A stretch of DNA of 64,000 bases from Rhizophagus irregularis (GCF_026210795.1 NC_089432.1:4464001-4528000), one strand, 5' to 3'; positions 13,338 through 28,150 are shown, counted from the first letter of the stretch. The notes: generated by a model not told the origin, from the sequence alone. Made by a program: numbers and translations.

Positions 13338-14030
13338 GGTTACGGTACATTTCACCGAGATCCATTTCACCGAAGGGATGTTTCAACGAGGGATGTTTCG
13401 CCGAAAGGACGTTTTCCCGAAAATGTATCTTATCGAATCCATTTCACTGAATCGTTCATTTCGCTGAATTCTATTTCACCGAATTCCATTACGTCAAATG
13501 GACATTTCGCCGAAAATGGTAGCGATTAACATTTATATTCATCGTGCAATTAAAATAAAAATTAAATTATTTTTAGAGATTTTTTTTTCCAGGATATTAT
13601 CACTTCAACATTCAAGTAACTAACATTAATTGTTAAGCAATAAATAAATAACTTTATTTTCCTGAAAACATTATTCATGAAACAGTAAGTAAAAATATTA
13701 ACGTATTTATAAACAACGATAAAAATCAGCCAGTAATTCAAAAATTTATCTAGAGAAGTTTTCTTTATGTATTTAGTATAAACAGTAAAATAACCAAATG
13801 GAATAAATAATTTTTGTGAAATGCCCATTTGGCGAAATGTCCATGCTTCGGAGAAATGGAATTCGGAGAAATGGGGTTTCGTTGAAATGGTTCGGTGAAA
13901 CGTCCTTTCGGCGAAATATCCCTTCGGTGAAATGGCTTCGGCGAAATGGGTTTCGGCGATAAAAAGTCTGGATACCCATTCCATTTCTCCGAATGAACAT
14001 TTCGCTAAAATGGTAGCGATCAATATTAAA
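13338..14030. mobile_element. Foldback/MITE-like element of CATTTCRCCGAA subterminal repeats
   Basis: Left arm 13338-13520 (GGGTTACGGTACATTTCACCGA...) and inverted arm ~13815-13977 (TTCGG(C/T)GAAATG repeats ending GTCTGGATACCC). Related copies at 2540-2644 and 50090-50233. Confidence 0.7.
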
Positions 14031-15784
14031 GAACAAATTCTTTTTAAACTATTTTACGATAAAATACCTTTCTTTCAGATATTACATATCTGCCCATCTG
14101 CGGAATTAAGGATTTAGGTCACGTGACGTTTAATCAGCTGAGTGCGACTCTCTGCGACGTTCAGTTAAGATCAAACGATTCCCAAATAAAAAAAGATCAA
14201 ATATATAATTCTTTCAAAATTTCTATTACAATATTTGCTTTTTCAACCTGAAAATAATAAACATATCCTAAAAAATGAAGGAAAAATACTATTAGTTACA
14301 ATAAATATGGTTTATAATTTATAAAATTATAAACTAAATGACGAAGATTAAAATGAAAGATTTTTAATTTCTCATTTTGATCTCAGTGAATCCATTAATG
14401 CATGATACCAACTAAGAGAATTTTTTTTAAAAAATAAATCTATTGATAATAATGTTAATGAATGAATTACAAATCGAAAAACGACAATCAAGGTGCTTGA
14501 TAGCGAGAATCCTAGTAAAAAGTTAGGAAAAAAGAAAGTCTTCTTGAATTATCAATTAACATGAATAAAAGTAGTAATTCAGTAAATTTTATAAAATTTA
14601 ATAATATAAGATAAACAATTAATGACAGGTTATGTATGTAGAAAGTTGTAATATTTCTGACCAATTTAAGACCATCTACAAAATCAATATCATTTTTTTT
14701 ATTATTAATATGTCAATATATTATTGTATACTAGACTAATTCAATATTCGAATCATGAATAATGATCTTTTATGCTATTTTTTACTGTTGACTTTATTAT
14801 CCTTTTTTAAAAAAAAAATTACTGAGAGAAATAAGCGCGCAAAGATTTATGATAAATCAATATCTGATATTGGATTAAAATATTAAGTTTTTCATTATAA
14901 TACAATAGCTCTACTCGTTTAAATGTTTAATCATAGATACTATCATTAAATATTGTGATTTCGTAACCCGTTGAACGTTAAGGTAGAAAGTCAGACTTAA
15001 TGATAAATTATCATGAAAATAAGTGATATAAAATTTTAATTACTGTATATATTAAAATAAAGAATAGAATACTAAATAGTACTATCCGTACTATATTGTA
15101 AAAAAAATTATTTTAATACTTGAACTTATAGAAAACATGAGATGAATAATTTTTAAATATTTGGAAAAGAATTACCGCTCAATAACTATTTAACGTTAAG
15201 TATGAGGTTCTAATCTCTTACCCTAATAAGGGAAAAAAGTATCAAAAAACAAAGATCAATGAATATATATTTTCTAAAATTTAAATTATCGAATACTGGC
15301 AATTAAGTTATATATTTTATAAAACCATGTTATATTCACGGAAGGTTTATTTCGTTTTGGTGATTAATATTAAAAGATAACGAATAAACTAAGTCACTAG
15401 GATAGGGCGTTTTATTGAAATTTTTTCTAATTTCATATATTAAGAAATTAAAGTTTACAAACTTATATTAACGTAGTCATACGTACCTACCGACTACCGT
15501 TTATATATAAATATAAGAATTAATAAATAATTTTTTATTTACATTTTTAGAAACCGTTGCGGGTCATCCATTTATCACCATTATTTTTTTTGTTTATCGA
15601 TGGCGCACGGACTTTGCCACGTGATCTAATATGTGATTAACTTTCCATAAACATATATAGTCCTTCGCTTCGCTCCGTACAATATTATTTACGATCTTGT
15701 AATTTTATAAAAAAATAATTATAAAAGAATAATTATATTGATGATTGATCTATAGTTCTCAATTTTAATGAATTTATTGTGTTA

Positions 15785-18071
15785 TTATTCTTTCTAAAGT
15801 ATTTCTAACTTATTTTGCGTTTCTTTCTTTGGCGCATTTTTCGTACTAACAAATAACTTTATTTATATGTATCTTTTGTAATTCCATCTTCATGTTCATA
15901 CATTAAAGCAAGATTATATTTTGCCAATTTATTTCCTAAATTTGCTGATTTTTCATATAATTCAATTGCTTTTTGTCTATTAATATTAGTTCCAATACCA
16001 TTATTATAACAAAATCCTAACATTATTATTCCATTTGAATACTCTCCTTCAGCTGATTTCTTAAACAATTCAAATGCTTTTATTATGATCTTTTTCGATA
16101 CCCTTTCCATTTAAATAACATCTACCTAAATTATATATAGCCATTATATTTCCTTTATTTGGAGCTTTTTCATACCAACAAAAAGCATTTTTGTAATCTT
16201 TTTTAATAGCTATTCCATTTTCATAACAATAACCAATTTCTAATTGTCCCATTATATAATTTTCATTACTAGCTACTTTTTCATAATATTTAAAAGCTAA
16301 TTTTTCATCTTTTATAATTCCATATCCATATCTATAACAATAACCAACAAAATATTCTGATAATATATAATTTTTTTTTAATGCATTAATAAACAAATTT
16401 TATGCTTTCTCACAATTTTTACTTATTACAATTCCATAAAAATTAAAAAATCCAAGAATAAAAATAGAATTTGAAGTAATTTGGTTATTTAATAACCAAT
16501 TATAAATCTCTCGTGAATTTATATCATAATCATTAAAATATTTAATAACTTGTTGTTTCACTAATTTCAATTCAAGTCCTTTATTTAATATTTTAGAAAT
16601 AAATTCATTAATTTTATCAATTTCTATGTTAAAATCCTTTTCAGTTGAAAGATTTTCTTGTTTACTTGGTACGGCTGCTATAGAATTAATTTCTTTAGTA
16701 TTTATTTTATTAAAATTTGAATAAGTTGAGTTAATTCTCCTTGCAATTCTGAATTATTACTTATTAGTACTTGAAACATCATTAATTTCTTGTTCACCTG
16801 ACAATTGAAGATTTTCTATAATTGTGACTGTCTTGTAATTATTGCTTTTAACCAATCAATTACTTGATATATAGTTGGACGATTATCTGGTTCACCATCC
16901 CAGCATTCTAAATAAAAATGTTAGTCTGAGATTAGTTCAAAAAAATATTTAATAACTAAATTTGAATTTTACCTACTGGTATAAATTTTTAAATAATTTT
17001 CAGGTGTATCAGGAACAACTGTTTCTCTAAGACCTTGTAAAATCTCTAAAGCTAAACCAACATCATATTCTTGACCTTCAACATAAAAAGGAGGTTGACC
17101 ACTAGATATTTCCCACAATAATACGTCAATACTGTAAACAACACTTTTTTCATTTAATGAGTAAATTTGTGTTGTTTGGTTATTATTTCGTCTGTTAAAA
17201 ATTTTTGGATCAACATAAGGAACCATTCCAAATAATTTAGATTGAACATTTGATGACGCCCCAATTCTTTTTGATAATCCCAAATCCGCCAATTTGATCG
17301 TGTTTTAATGAATTAATATATTCCCAGAATGCTATTATAAATTTATATATTAATTTAATAATGTAAACATAATATCATATAAATGATTGAAGATAACTAA
17401 ATTACCAAATCACAATGGATAATTCTTTCATTATGTAAGCATGACACAGCGCAAGCTAACTGGTATGCCATATTATATTTGTCATCCCATGTAAGTTTAC
17501 CAAAGTTTTTTTCCAAATAGCTTCGAAGGTTACCACTGTTAGCATATTCCATTACTAACATATAATTATTATTAATATGAGATTCTAAAGAACAAAAGAA
17601 AATCAATAAAACTCCCTTTTTATAAATCCAGAATAATATATTAACTAATAAGGTTTATATAATTGAAGTTTACCTATTAATTCAAATTTTGTTATTCCAT
17701 GGCAACAAATAATATTATCATGATAATCTATTTTACGTTGAATTTTTAACTAAATAAATAAAATTCGAATTTTAATAAATATACTGTATACTGTAATGAT
17801 GAAAAATGATTTTATTACTAATTACCTCATGAACAATTTTTTTCACGGTAACATTGTTAAGACTAAAAAAGGACTTTAATGCAAAATATTTCTCTAAATT
17901 TTTCCAATTTGTACGGTACACTTTTCCAAAACTTCCTGCACCAATTTCTTGAAAGTTACTAAATTCTTTATATTCATAATATTTTATATGTTCTTTATCA
18001 ATAGCTTCTTCAATCCAATTAATCCATTCATTTTTATTCTCGGTATCTTGCTTATTGATATTATCAGACAT
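15785..18071 (-). pseudogene. Kinase-Sel1 paralog 2, pseudogene
   Basis: Same exon structure as paralog 1. In-frame TAA in exon 4 (~17305), HCD for HRD, DLG for DFG, several frameshifts in the last exon, TAG at a Trp position near 15846. Confidence 0.85.
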
Positions 18072-18671
18072 ATTAAATAATAATAATTTGACAGAAAAGT
18101 GTTAAAAAACGATTAATTCGAATAATCAAAGTTGTAAAAAAAAGCTTTTTTTTTTTGAATAATCGTATTTTGCAGCATTTTATTTCTCCGAAAGTCGTAC
18201 AGTTCCATTATTTCCATAAAGAGCTTTCAATTATTTGATATTCTCAGCCGCAATACCGGAATTTATATAAATTAGTATAGTACAAGAGGTTATTGTAAAA
18301 AATTAAAAACAAATTTTTTAATATAGAACGTGTGCACAATACTCGTTACACTTTCATGAGGTTGATAAAAACAAGATTATTCTTTCAACTTACTTTAATA
18401 AATTCATGTACTGTATGTATAACGAATGGAATAATCTGTCATGATTCTATAATGTTTACGACATAAATTTACGTTAAGATACTTAATTTTCGCCTAAATT
18501 AGTAAATACATTTAATAATTTGAATAAATTTATTAAAATTATTTAAATTACAAACTAAGAATTTTGTAAAACATTTACTACTCTAATCTTAGTGTTTAAA
18601 TAATACAAGATAAATAAATAAATAAATAAATGATAATAATTTAAAATATAAAAAAAAAAATTGTTAAATGA

Positions 18672-21069
18672 TTATTCAAATCCATCTAAAGTTAAAAAAA
18701 TAACAAATTATAAATTAATTATTTGCTTTATAAAGAAATCTTATTTATTTAAGAACTTACCATCAGGAATTTCCAGTTTCGAATGAAGATTTGGATTATT
18801 ATATACTTCGTCTTCATCTGTAAGAAATAAATAATTAAATTAAAAAATAATATAAAAATTAAATTAAAAATTCGCATAATTCGCATACCATCAATATCAC
18901 CAATATTTTGTCTTTTCATTTTTTGTTGAATTATTTCTTTTTCATCATCTAAATTTTTAAATTAAAGTTACATTTAAATAAATATATTGACAAAATAATT
19001 TTTGCTTTTTTTGCTTACCATCAATATCAATATCTTTCCTTTTCATTTGTTGTTGAATTATTTCTTTTTCGCATATTATTTTTTAAAATAAAAGTCACGT
19101 TATTTAATAAATAAAACTGTTACAATGAATATTATTATTTCACTTATTTACTTACTATTTGAATTTTGCAAATTTATAAATTCTTTGGGTAATTTTTCAC
19201 TATCACCTAAAATTAAGAACATAGAAATAGATTTTAATATTTAATCTATTATTTCAAACAAATCACCTTTAAAAATATTTATTAATTATACTTGATAATT
19301 TCTTACTATACTGCTCATTTGATAATTTATCAAAGTCGTTAACTAAAATAAAAATTAATCATTAGATATCATTACATGATAATTCAACGCTATAATGTTA
19401 TTAAATACTTACTATTGTTAGGAATGTTAAAATCATACAATTTACTATGAAACACTATTAATAGTAAATAAAGTATTTAAAACTAAATAATTATAGTAAC
19501 CAAAAATGGTAGAAATTATTGTTATACCTTCTTGTTCTTCTATTATAATAAAAAGATAACATTAATAATGTATTTTTAAAATAAATACATCCGTTAATAA
19601 AATATTATACACTTATACCTTCTGTTGCATTTCTTGGTTCAGGTAGATTTCCAAAGTTGTGAATTTTGCTTGTAAATAATCTGCTACTCGTATAATTTTC
19701 TTCCACTTTATTCACTTCTAAATTATTTATTTCTGATTTGAATAATTCATCTGACATACTTTGATAATCTAAATTAATTCTTTCCATTCTATCACAAAGT
19801 GCATAAGCGTCGAGTCTTTTTAATGGATCAGCATCCCAACATTCTTTCATTAAATTTTTATATTCTAACGGAGTTCCTGGCACAATTTTTGGTCTTATAC
19901 CATCAATAATATTATATACAAGAATATGTTCATCTTCATAATCCATAAATGGTGGTTGTCCAAATGAAATTTCCCACATAAGCATTGCAATACTATAAAT
20001 ATCAGATGCAAAATTATATCCTCTTCCAACAATAATTTCGGGTGCTATGTAAGGAAGATTTCCATATATACTTGTTGAAGATTTATCAGCAGGTCCACAA
20101 AATCCAAGATCACTAATATACCAATAATCATTAAATTGTGAATATAATATATTTCCAGAATGCAAATCTCTATGAATTGCTTTCTCTTTATGAATACGAT
20201 AAAGCGCAAGAGTTATTTCATTAATAATTTTCATTCTATCTTTCCATGTAAGTTGCTTATGATTTTGTTGTAAATATTTTCTTAAATCTATATCCATTTT
20301 CATCATTACGAGAAAATAATTTCCATTTGATGGATTTTGTGTTAAACCAAAACATTGAACAACTTCCGCCCATTTATTACTTATAGTTAAATGTGATTTA
20401 GCCTAAATGACAACATGCTATTGTTAATATAAAATACTTAAATTTTACGAATTAATTTATAAATACAATTATACAAACCTCTTCAAACCAACTTTGATTT
20501 GCACTTTCAACATTTTCTAATTTTTTTAATACTACTTCGCCATATCCAAATCTTTTTAATTGTTTTTTTTCAAAATCCCATTCTTCATAATCTCCATTAA
20601 TCCAATCTGCTGTATAAATTTCTGAGAATCCACCTTTTGTTAAATATTTAATATTTTCTAAATTACTATATGGGATCCATTCAACTACCATATCTGGCGC
20701 GAATGATTCCATTTGACATTCCTGTATTATATTATCAATATCATCATTCCCGGATGTCCAATTTGGAAAATTTTCTTGTAAATAATTTCGGACACAATAT
20801 TCACAATATAATGTAGCTAAGCATTCTTGGTTACAATTTTCACAAATTCTTCTTGTACCATCATCATCTAAAATTTTATCACGATCATAATTGTCAGTTA
20901 AAACTCTTGTCGCTTCAGTTTTTTCATCATTTGTAAGAATTTTATCAGCAAGGACTGTTTGTTTTTGAAATTCAAATTGTTTGTGTATATCATCGTAAAT
21001 ATTAGTATCTGTTAATGTTGTTGCTCTATTATTTGTTGCATAAATTAACCCATATCGAAGAGTGGACAT
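18672..21069 (-). CDS. Protein kinase with N-terminal CxxC...CxxC motif and micro-exon-encoded acidic tail
   Basis: Exons 21069-20479 and 20402-19619 give CENC..CEYC, KGGFS, VVLK, HRDLHSGN, DLG, YIAPE, DIYS, CWD. Then phase-1 exons 19539-19528 (12 nt), 19454-19413 and further short exons to ...NNPNLHSKLEIPD|DGFE* (stop 18672-74). Tail splicing is a hand model. Confidence 0.85.
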
Positions 21070-24000
21070 AATGTAATCAATAGAAAGAAAGAAATAATTA
21101 TATTAAGTTCGTTACTCCGAGATAAATTAGTAAAATGCAAATTGTTGATCAAAACTTCATGTTGTGCCCACATAAATTTTGTAATCTTGAGGGCGTAGTA
21201 TTTTACGCCTCTTAACCAAAAAAAGAAAAATATTACTACCATTTATTATTGTACTTTCTATACTTGGTATAAAATTAAAAATTTATTTCAGCGAATACAA
21301 TTTGTGCTTAACAAATTTGATTGTCATACTTAATGAATAGATATTTAGTATCCTTGATTATTGATTAATATTCAAATAATTTGATAAACAAAATTATTTT
21401 AAATCTTATTTAAAAAATCAATATAAACAAGAATACATGATTGATGAAAAGTCAATTTAGTTATTGTCAATTGAATAAACAACGTGGCGAATAATAAACA
21501 TGAAAGATTATAAGAAACCATTCAATTTATTATTTCTACTAAAATATCCAAGAGAAGAATTTCTGTAGAATTATAATTATTTTTTTTTTTTAGGATGTAA
21601 TGATGGATCGCAAAATATATGTTTAAATAAAAATATATGGTTTAATAAAAAAAATTAAGTTTGAATGAAAGAAATTATTACGTAAAATAATAAATAAGGG
21701 CGCAAGTATGTCACAGGGTTTTAATATCATGGCACGGGTTTTCATGTTACACAATTCAAATTATTTATATGGAGACTATTCTAAACAGTAAACAAAATTT
21801 TTTAGTTATATAGAATTTTTGTTTCGTACATATGTTTTTTAATTTAATAGTACATTTATGAATGTAAGATTTAAATTTTTCATTACACACAATTCTACTT
21901 TCATATATCATGACATAAAGTGATATTTATTTATCACCATATCACATCCCCTTGTCTATTATTTAGGGTCATGTCAAAACTGTCACATCCACACATAACG
22001 AGCTAAAGTCACGTGTTCAAATTTTTTCGTTCGGTAGTTCAATGATGATGATTTCGTAATAATTTATGTCGAAAAAAAGGGAAAAGTTAATAATTTTGTT
22101 ATTACGCACATTCTTGGAATTTTTTTTCAGGTACTTTAATATACTGACATTGCTAAAATTTATCAAAATTATCAACTGGCTTATCGATTAAAAAAAAAGA
22201 AAAAAAAAAGTTCAATTCATCTATTTCATATTATTACATTATTTAAAAAATTATCTTGCAGATTTGATTATTAATTTTCAATCTGCTTAATATATATGTA
22301 CTGTACAGTATAGTGTTTTATTTATTACTTACAATAAACTGATTTATAAATTAAATAATATTGTTTAAAAATGAAAGACTTTTAATTTATATCCAGCGTG
22401 GTTCTTATAAAGAATCGCCATTGATAATTAGTTTAATAAATGAATTACTATTGAAACATGACAATCAGCTAACCAAAATATCAAATAATGAGCATCTCAG
22501 TAAAAGTAATATTTAAATACACTGGACTATTTTTTTAATATCCAAATCACGTAATATTGATCTATTTTTTATATTATCTGTATATACTGCTCTTTTACTG
22601 TTAATTTATTGCCTTTATTAATAAATGAACAAACATTTTATAATGAATTTTAATAATTTATTTTGAGTTTCTTTTTCAAAAATTTTTTTTTTAAAATACG
22701 AATTATTCGAACTAGGGTATGTAATACGAAGCACAATAAACCATCGTGGGTATTCGGATGAGATCTCGTCACACAATGACACAATACGGCAACATTTTAC
22801 CCATTTTATTAAAATTTTCTCAAGGATCTTTTTAAATAAAAAACAATAAAAATTATTAAAATAGAAAAATAGAAAGTGAATATAAATATATTGAAATCAT
22901 TCAAATACTTTTATAACTAACAATTCAATTTTTTTTATTAATGAATTCTACTAGATTAAAAAAAAGAATGTTTGTATAAGTTTAAAAGATTCATAAAAGT
23001 CCATTTAAATAGTATACATTTACTTTCTCCATTGTCCTTTCATCTTTCGAATATTTTTTTGATAATTCTCGATCCAGTTTGAGAATTACAAATTTTTTCG
23101 TTAATTCTGTAGATGGTCTATTATTTATTTATGATGTTATATGGTATATACAGTATATTCGAAAGCATCATCTAATTAGCAAGCGATTTTCATACTAAAT
23201 TAATTCGTAATCAGGATAATATTTTATTTTACTTTCTTTACTATACATTCTTCTTTATTTTTCTTTGTTTTTTTATAGATTTTGAAATCAGTTTTTTACT
23301 TCGAATGGTATGGAATGAATTAAAATTAAATAGTTATCAAATAATTCATAGTTTATAAGGGAAAGAAATTTCAATAATTCGAGTTCCTTAATCTGGGAAA
23401 ATTAAATTGGTAAACTTTTATAGTATGTGATCGAGCGCTCTTATAATAACAAAATGTATCAAAATCAACCTCTCATGTGAAAAAGGACTTTAGAAAGGTT
23501 ATTTAGAAATTGGGATCCAAGATTTAAATAATTGATTTGCATTGGTGCTTGTGCATGTAGCTTCTGTATTATAGGTAACGGTAGGCAGCTGTCTTGTGGC
23601 GGTCCTATGATAGTTAGTTGATGAAGTTAGCCAATGTTTCTATGGTAATTGTATTTATACTACGTCTTGTATAGTTCGACTAATTCTTATTCATAAGATA
23701 TAAAATAAAAAAATGATTGATTGGCATAAGTTCGTATTCATTTCTCGGAAATTTCTTCCCAAATTTTAATGCATCATTTTATAGAAATTGTAACAATAAA
23801 GGAGCTACTAGTTGAAGATTATAATTTACTTGATTGGGTGGAAATAGCTGGAAACGTACTACTATTTTGTATTCAATTTTGCAAAAGGAAATATGTTCTA
23901 AAGATACAGTATCTTATATTAATATTGAAGGAGTGGGATTATACTGTTTGTTGCCATAATGATAAAGGATAACAGATGAGTAATAAACTCTATGATAATG

Positions 24001-24520
24001 GAGTTAAAATTTTAAATTTCTGTTATAACATATATATATATACTTATTTTTAACGTATATTCCTTTTTCATAGATGTTGAAATCTTCGTTAGTGAAATTT
24101 ATATAGAAATATAAGTGATCAAATCAAATAGCAAAGATTTTGACTTACGGTTGTGACAAAACTTTTTGGAATAATCATTATCAAAGTTAATAACAACCTT
24201 TGACATCGAATTTGTCGATAATAATGGATTATTATAGTTTAAGAGCATATATGTATTGTAGTTGTTGATTTTATTAATTCAGTTATATGAATAATATGAT
24301 CATGATTTTTAATGAAGAAATTTTACTTGAAATTTAACGTAAGCTTTTATAATATCTATAATATCTTTAATTTCTCCAATTTCACATTCCTAAACTTTAA
24401 TAATAGTAATACAAAAATGTATGATAAAAATAAATATAAATTTAATAATATTACTACATAAAAAAAATTAAATAATGGAAAAAAGAATTTCAATCGTGTG
24501 ATATGTCTAAATGATATTGT

Positions 24521-25919
24521 TCATCTGATAAACAAACTTGTCATCAATAAAGCAAGATCCTCTTTTGCCAAACATGTCGGACACATGTCATAATCGCATT
24601 TATAACAACCTAAACGTCTTCCATAATAATACTTTCCACATTCATCACACATCCACATTCCTGATGTTTGTGTATAACGGAGAGGGTGACGACTTCGACA
24701 AGTACTCTCAGGCTTGCATTCTTCTCCAGACTTGCAATGGCTAGGGCAAGCGTCAAAATTGCAAAGTTCACAATGATATTGGGATACCTGTTCATACAAT
24801 TTACAAAAAAAAAAGGCAAGTCAATATTTCGAAAAATAAACGGGAATATGAAAAACAAAAAATATTAAAAAAAAACTACCGTAGAATTACTATCTTTTCC
24901 ACACACATCACAATACCAATCCCCTCTGTGATATTTCTTTTTCAAATCATGTCCTTCAAAACATTGAGGTGGTGGCGGAAGTATTACACTATTCATAGAA
25001 GCAGATACATCGATCAAGAGAGCATAATCTATCGCCACTTGGCAGAGATTTCTGTGTCTTTGAACCTCGGCCCATGATGCGGAATAGTTACCAACAGAAA
25101 GATTTCCAACCGAGAGAGATAGAGAAGTGGTGATTTTGTGAGCGATAGTCAAGAATACAAGTTCAAGAAGGTAAAATTCTTTGACGGGAAAGTAGATAAA
25201 GTTGCCAATGCTAGCCATCTGATTTTGTTTTTAAAAATATTGAAAATGATGATGTTCAATAACGCTTTAAAAAAATTTAATAAATATCGAAACATGTTCT
25301 TGTTTCAAAGGAAATATAACACCGACGTGAGAAAAACTCTTAAATAAATTAAAATCTTGATCAAGAGAAAAAAAGCAAAGAATGACATACCTGTTCCATT
25401 TTCGTTGAATCTACACCGTCTCCAACTCCAACTACAAACAGGAAATTACTTGATTCCTTTGTAAATAGACGTGATATTTCTTCAGCGCATTTTCTTAAAC
25501 TTCGACTGCTACGATTGTCATCACCATCAGTCACGACAACAAAAATCCAGGGACGAGACCGATCACCATTACGTTGGAAAGTTTTTATGACGTCAATCAT
25601 ACTATCGTAAAGGCGAGTGGCACCGCTAACGACGTTACTTAACCCGTTAAGTGAACGATAAAGTGATGCTTCATCTCTGGTGAAGGACTTGAATATAAAT
25701 TGAAAGAACGTTGGCGTTAAAAGATAAATGAATGAATACAGTAAATAATTAGACATCAAAGAGGATCATTTTTACCTGTCTTATTACCATAGAGTCATTA
25801 AATGTTGCAATACATCCACGATCTAATCCATCACGGTGTAAATTCTTTACAAGTTCGTTGCTCGCCTTGATAGCACAGCTTATTTGCGTGTTTTGAGTGG
25901 TTGCTCTTACAAGTTCCAT
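24521..25919 (-). CDS. vWA-domain protein (apparently circularly permuted) with two C-terminal DC1/C1-like Cys/His domains, ~348 aa
   Basis: Exons 25919-25776, 25687-25391, 25218-24880, 24787-24521 joined by three phase-0 GT-AG introns with no stop. vWA motifs DRGCIATFND, GATRLYDSM, IFVVVTDGDDN, LFVVGVG, then IDYALLIDVSASM. Two repeats of H.L..W.CD.CGK..C..C.(F/Y)D.C..(H/C). TATAAATA ~80 bp upstream and AAAAATGG start context. Confidence 0.85.
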
Positions 25920-27109
25920 TTTTTTCGCAAGTGTTGTTATATTAGTACAAGAGATTTTAGAAAATGTTATGGTTTGAAATTTTGTAAAGCGATTATTTAT
26001 TTATAAAAGCTTTTTGATTTATTAAACATATTACTACATATATACGTAACAAATAACTTTTAATCCATGTTGTTTCAAATATTACGCATTTGGAAATATT
26101 TTTAATGAAGGAATTAAATTGCATGGCGAGAATGGCTGTCGGTTGTATGCCTAAAATTTATTTTCGTCAGTTATCACGTCCTTGAAACCTTTTTAAGAAA
26201 TATCCTTAAGCCAATTCTATTTCAAAAAATATTTACGGTTAATTAAAAATATGAAGTACGTGTAATAAATAAAATTTTGCACACGTCATATAAATAGCAG
26301 CAGAGGTAAAACAAATTTTCATTTTAATAAACGGGTGAAACAATTCTTTATTTTATTACTTGATTTGATTTTTGCCTAAAAACGTGTGTACAGTATCTAT
26401 TTTTATACATATTTTTGTTTTGTAAAAATTTTGTGCAATAAACATAAAATGAAACAATGGAATTTTGAGCATGATCAGCCTTCCGAAATTTGTATTACTG
26501 TCGTATGTTGAAAAACCAATGATGAATAAACTTTATTGATATTTAACTTTAATGTTAATAATGATTGCAATTTAAACACCTTCCTAAAATACAAATTATT
26601 TGTTACTTTTATTACAGCCTCATTTGTGTTTTTTTACTTTTTAATGACCTGGGCTAAAATAAACTGCTGTAGAATTATATAACATTGTTGTACGAGGAGT
26701 TCCAAATGAAATTTATTTATAAATGATCAACGCCAAGAGGTTATGGTCGGAAAATTTATAGTTAACAATTTTCCACCACTTAAAAAAAAAAAAAAATCGC
26801 ATGACCAATCTATTTTAGGATTAATTATATTCACTTTCCATTGACCCACTCCCGTACAACGGTCAGCTTTATTCTGGCATTTTTAAAAATTGCAGGATAT
26901 TTATTAACTGTTAATCTATGCCAGATTTGGTTTTAAAAGAATTTTTTTTTCTTTGATTAATTAATTAATAATAATTACTAATTATTTCTATACTTAATTT
27001 ATCTTGGATTAGATTTAATGAAATACTTTGGTGAAACGGTAATCACTAATTTACTTTCAGAATTTTTTTTTGATTTTTCCATTTAATTTCACTGATGTTT
27101 TTTCTCGAC

Positions 27110-28150
27110 TTTTAAGGATCAGCTGTGAGACGCGGTACTATGGTAAGCGCCAACTTCAATTTTTTTTTCATTTTGAATAATATTTTTTTCTATTTGATTA
27201 CAAAAATTTTTTCATCCTTTAGGATCGAGAACTTGCAGTTCAGATGCCACTCTTACTGTGCGAGCGCTGATTCTCTCCCATTCGAATTTTTTTTTCCGTT
27301 ATTTTTATTTTTATTTTTTTTTTTGCTAATATTGATATTTTTTTATTATTTCTTTTTTTTAAAAAAATTTCAAATGAAAATGTGCAACAAAGATGTTGTA
27401 CTAGCCATATGGAACATATGGAAAAAAATATTTCCGAAAATCATTGCTGCGCCTTCATGATTAGTCGACAAAATTTATTTTTTCGTCTGGGAACTCATGG
27501 ATCAGTAAACACGCTTAAAAAATAACCTGATAGCACTCTTTTTTCTAAAAAAATTTTCAACGAAAAGACGGATTATTCTTATATGATTAATGCTGAATAG
27601 GAGATTATAGAGAACTGTGGATTTGGAGAAGAGGTGTAACTGTGTAAGTCATGCGACAGGAAAGTAGAAATTTAGAAAAGATATCAGAATTTCCATTGAT
27701 AAGAAGTTTATTTGCAAAAGAATCTAGAATAAAATTGTTATTTATTCAATTGAACTAGAAATTCCTATTTCTTTTTTGGATATAATAATGGTAAATGAAA
27801 ATGAGCTTACCGCTGCGGTACTATGGTAAGTACAATTTCAATTTTTTTCGTTTAGAATAATACTTTTATTTCTATTTGATTTTTTTTACTAATTTTTTTC
27901 TTCATCTTTTAAGACTCACGGATTGGGACTTGGGATATGCGCTTACCACTATGGTACTACGGTAAGTACCAATTATCAATTTTTATTCTTACTAATTTTT
28001 TTTTTTTAAAAAAAAATTTCTTTGATCGGGAACACACGCTCTTGCTGCTGCGTTATTACGGTGAACGCCAATTCACCCATTTGAATTTTTTTTAAAATTT
28101 TTTTTTTATCCTTTCAATCGGGAACTCAAGGATCAGGAAATGCGCTTCAG
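27110..28150 (+). repeat. Degenerate array of exon-intron-like units, no ORF
   Basis: (GC)GGTACTA(T/C)G|GTAAG at ~27132, 27815 and 27952, each followed by T-rich intron-like DNA ending ttt(a/t)ag. GGGAACTCA.GGATCAG recurs at ~27489 and 28120. Confidence 0.6.

Noticed and set aside
13282..14117. ORFs with HF(T/A)E repeats (also 49945-50370)
   Set aside because: Translation of CATTTCRCCGAA subterminal repeats.
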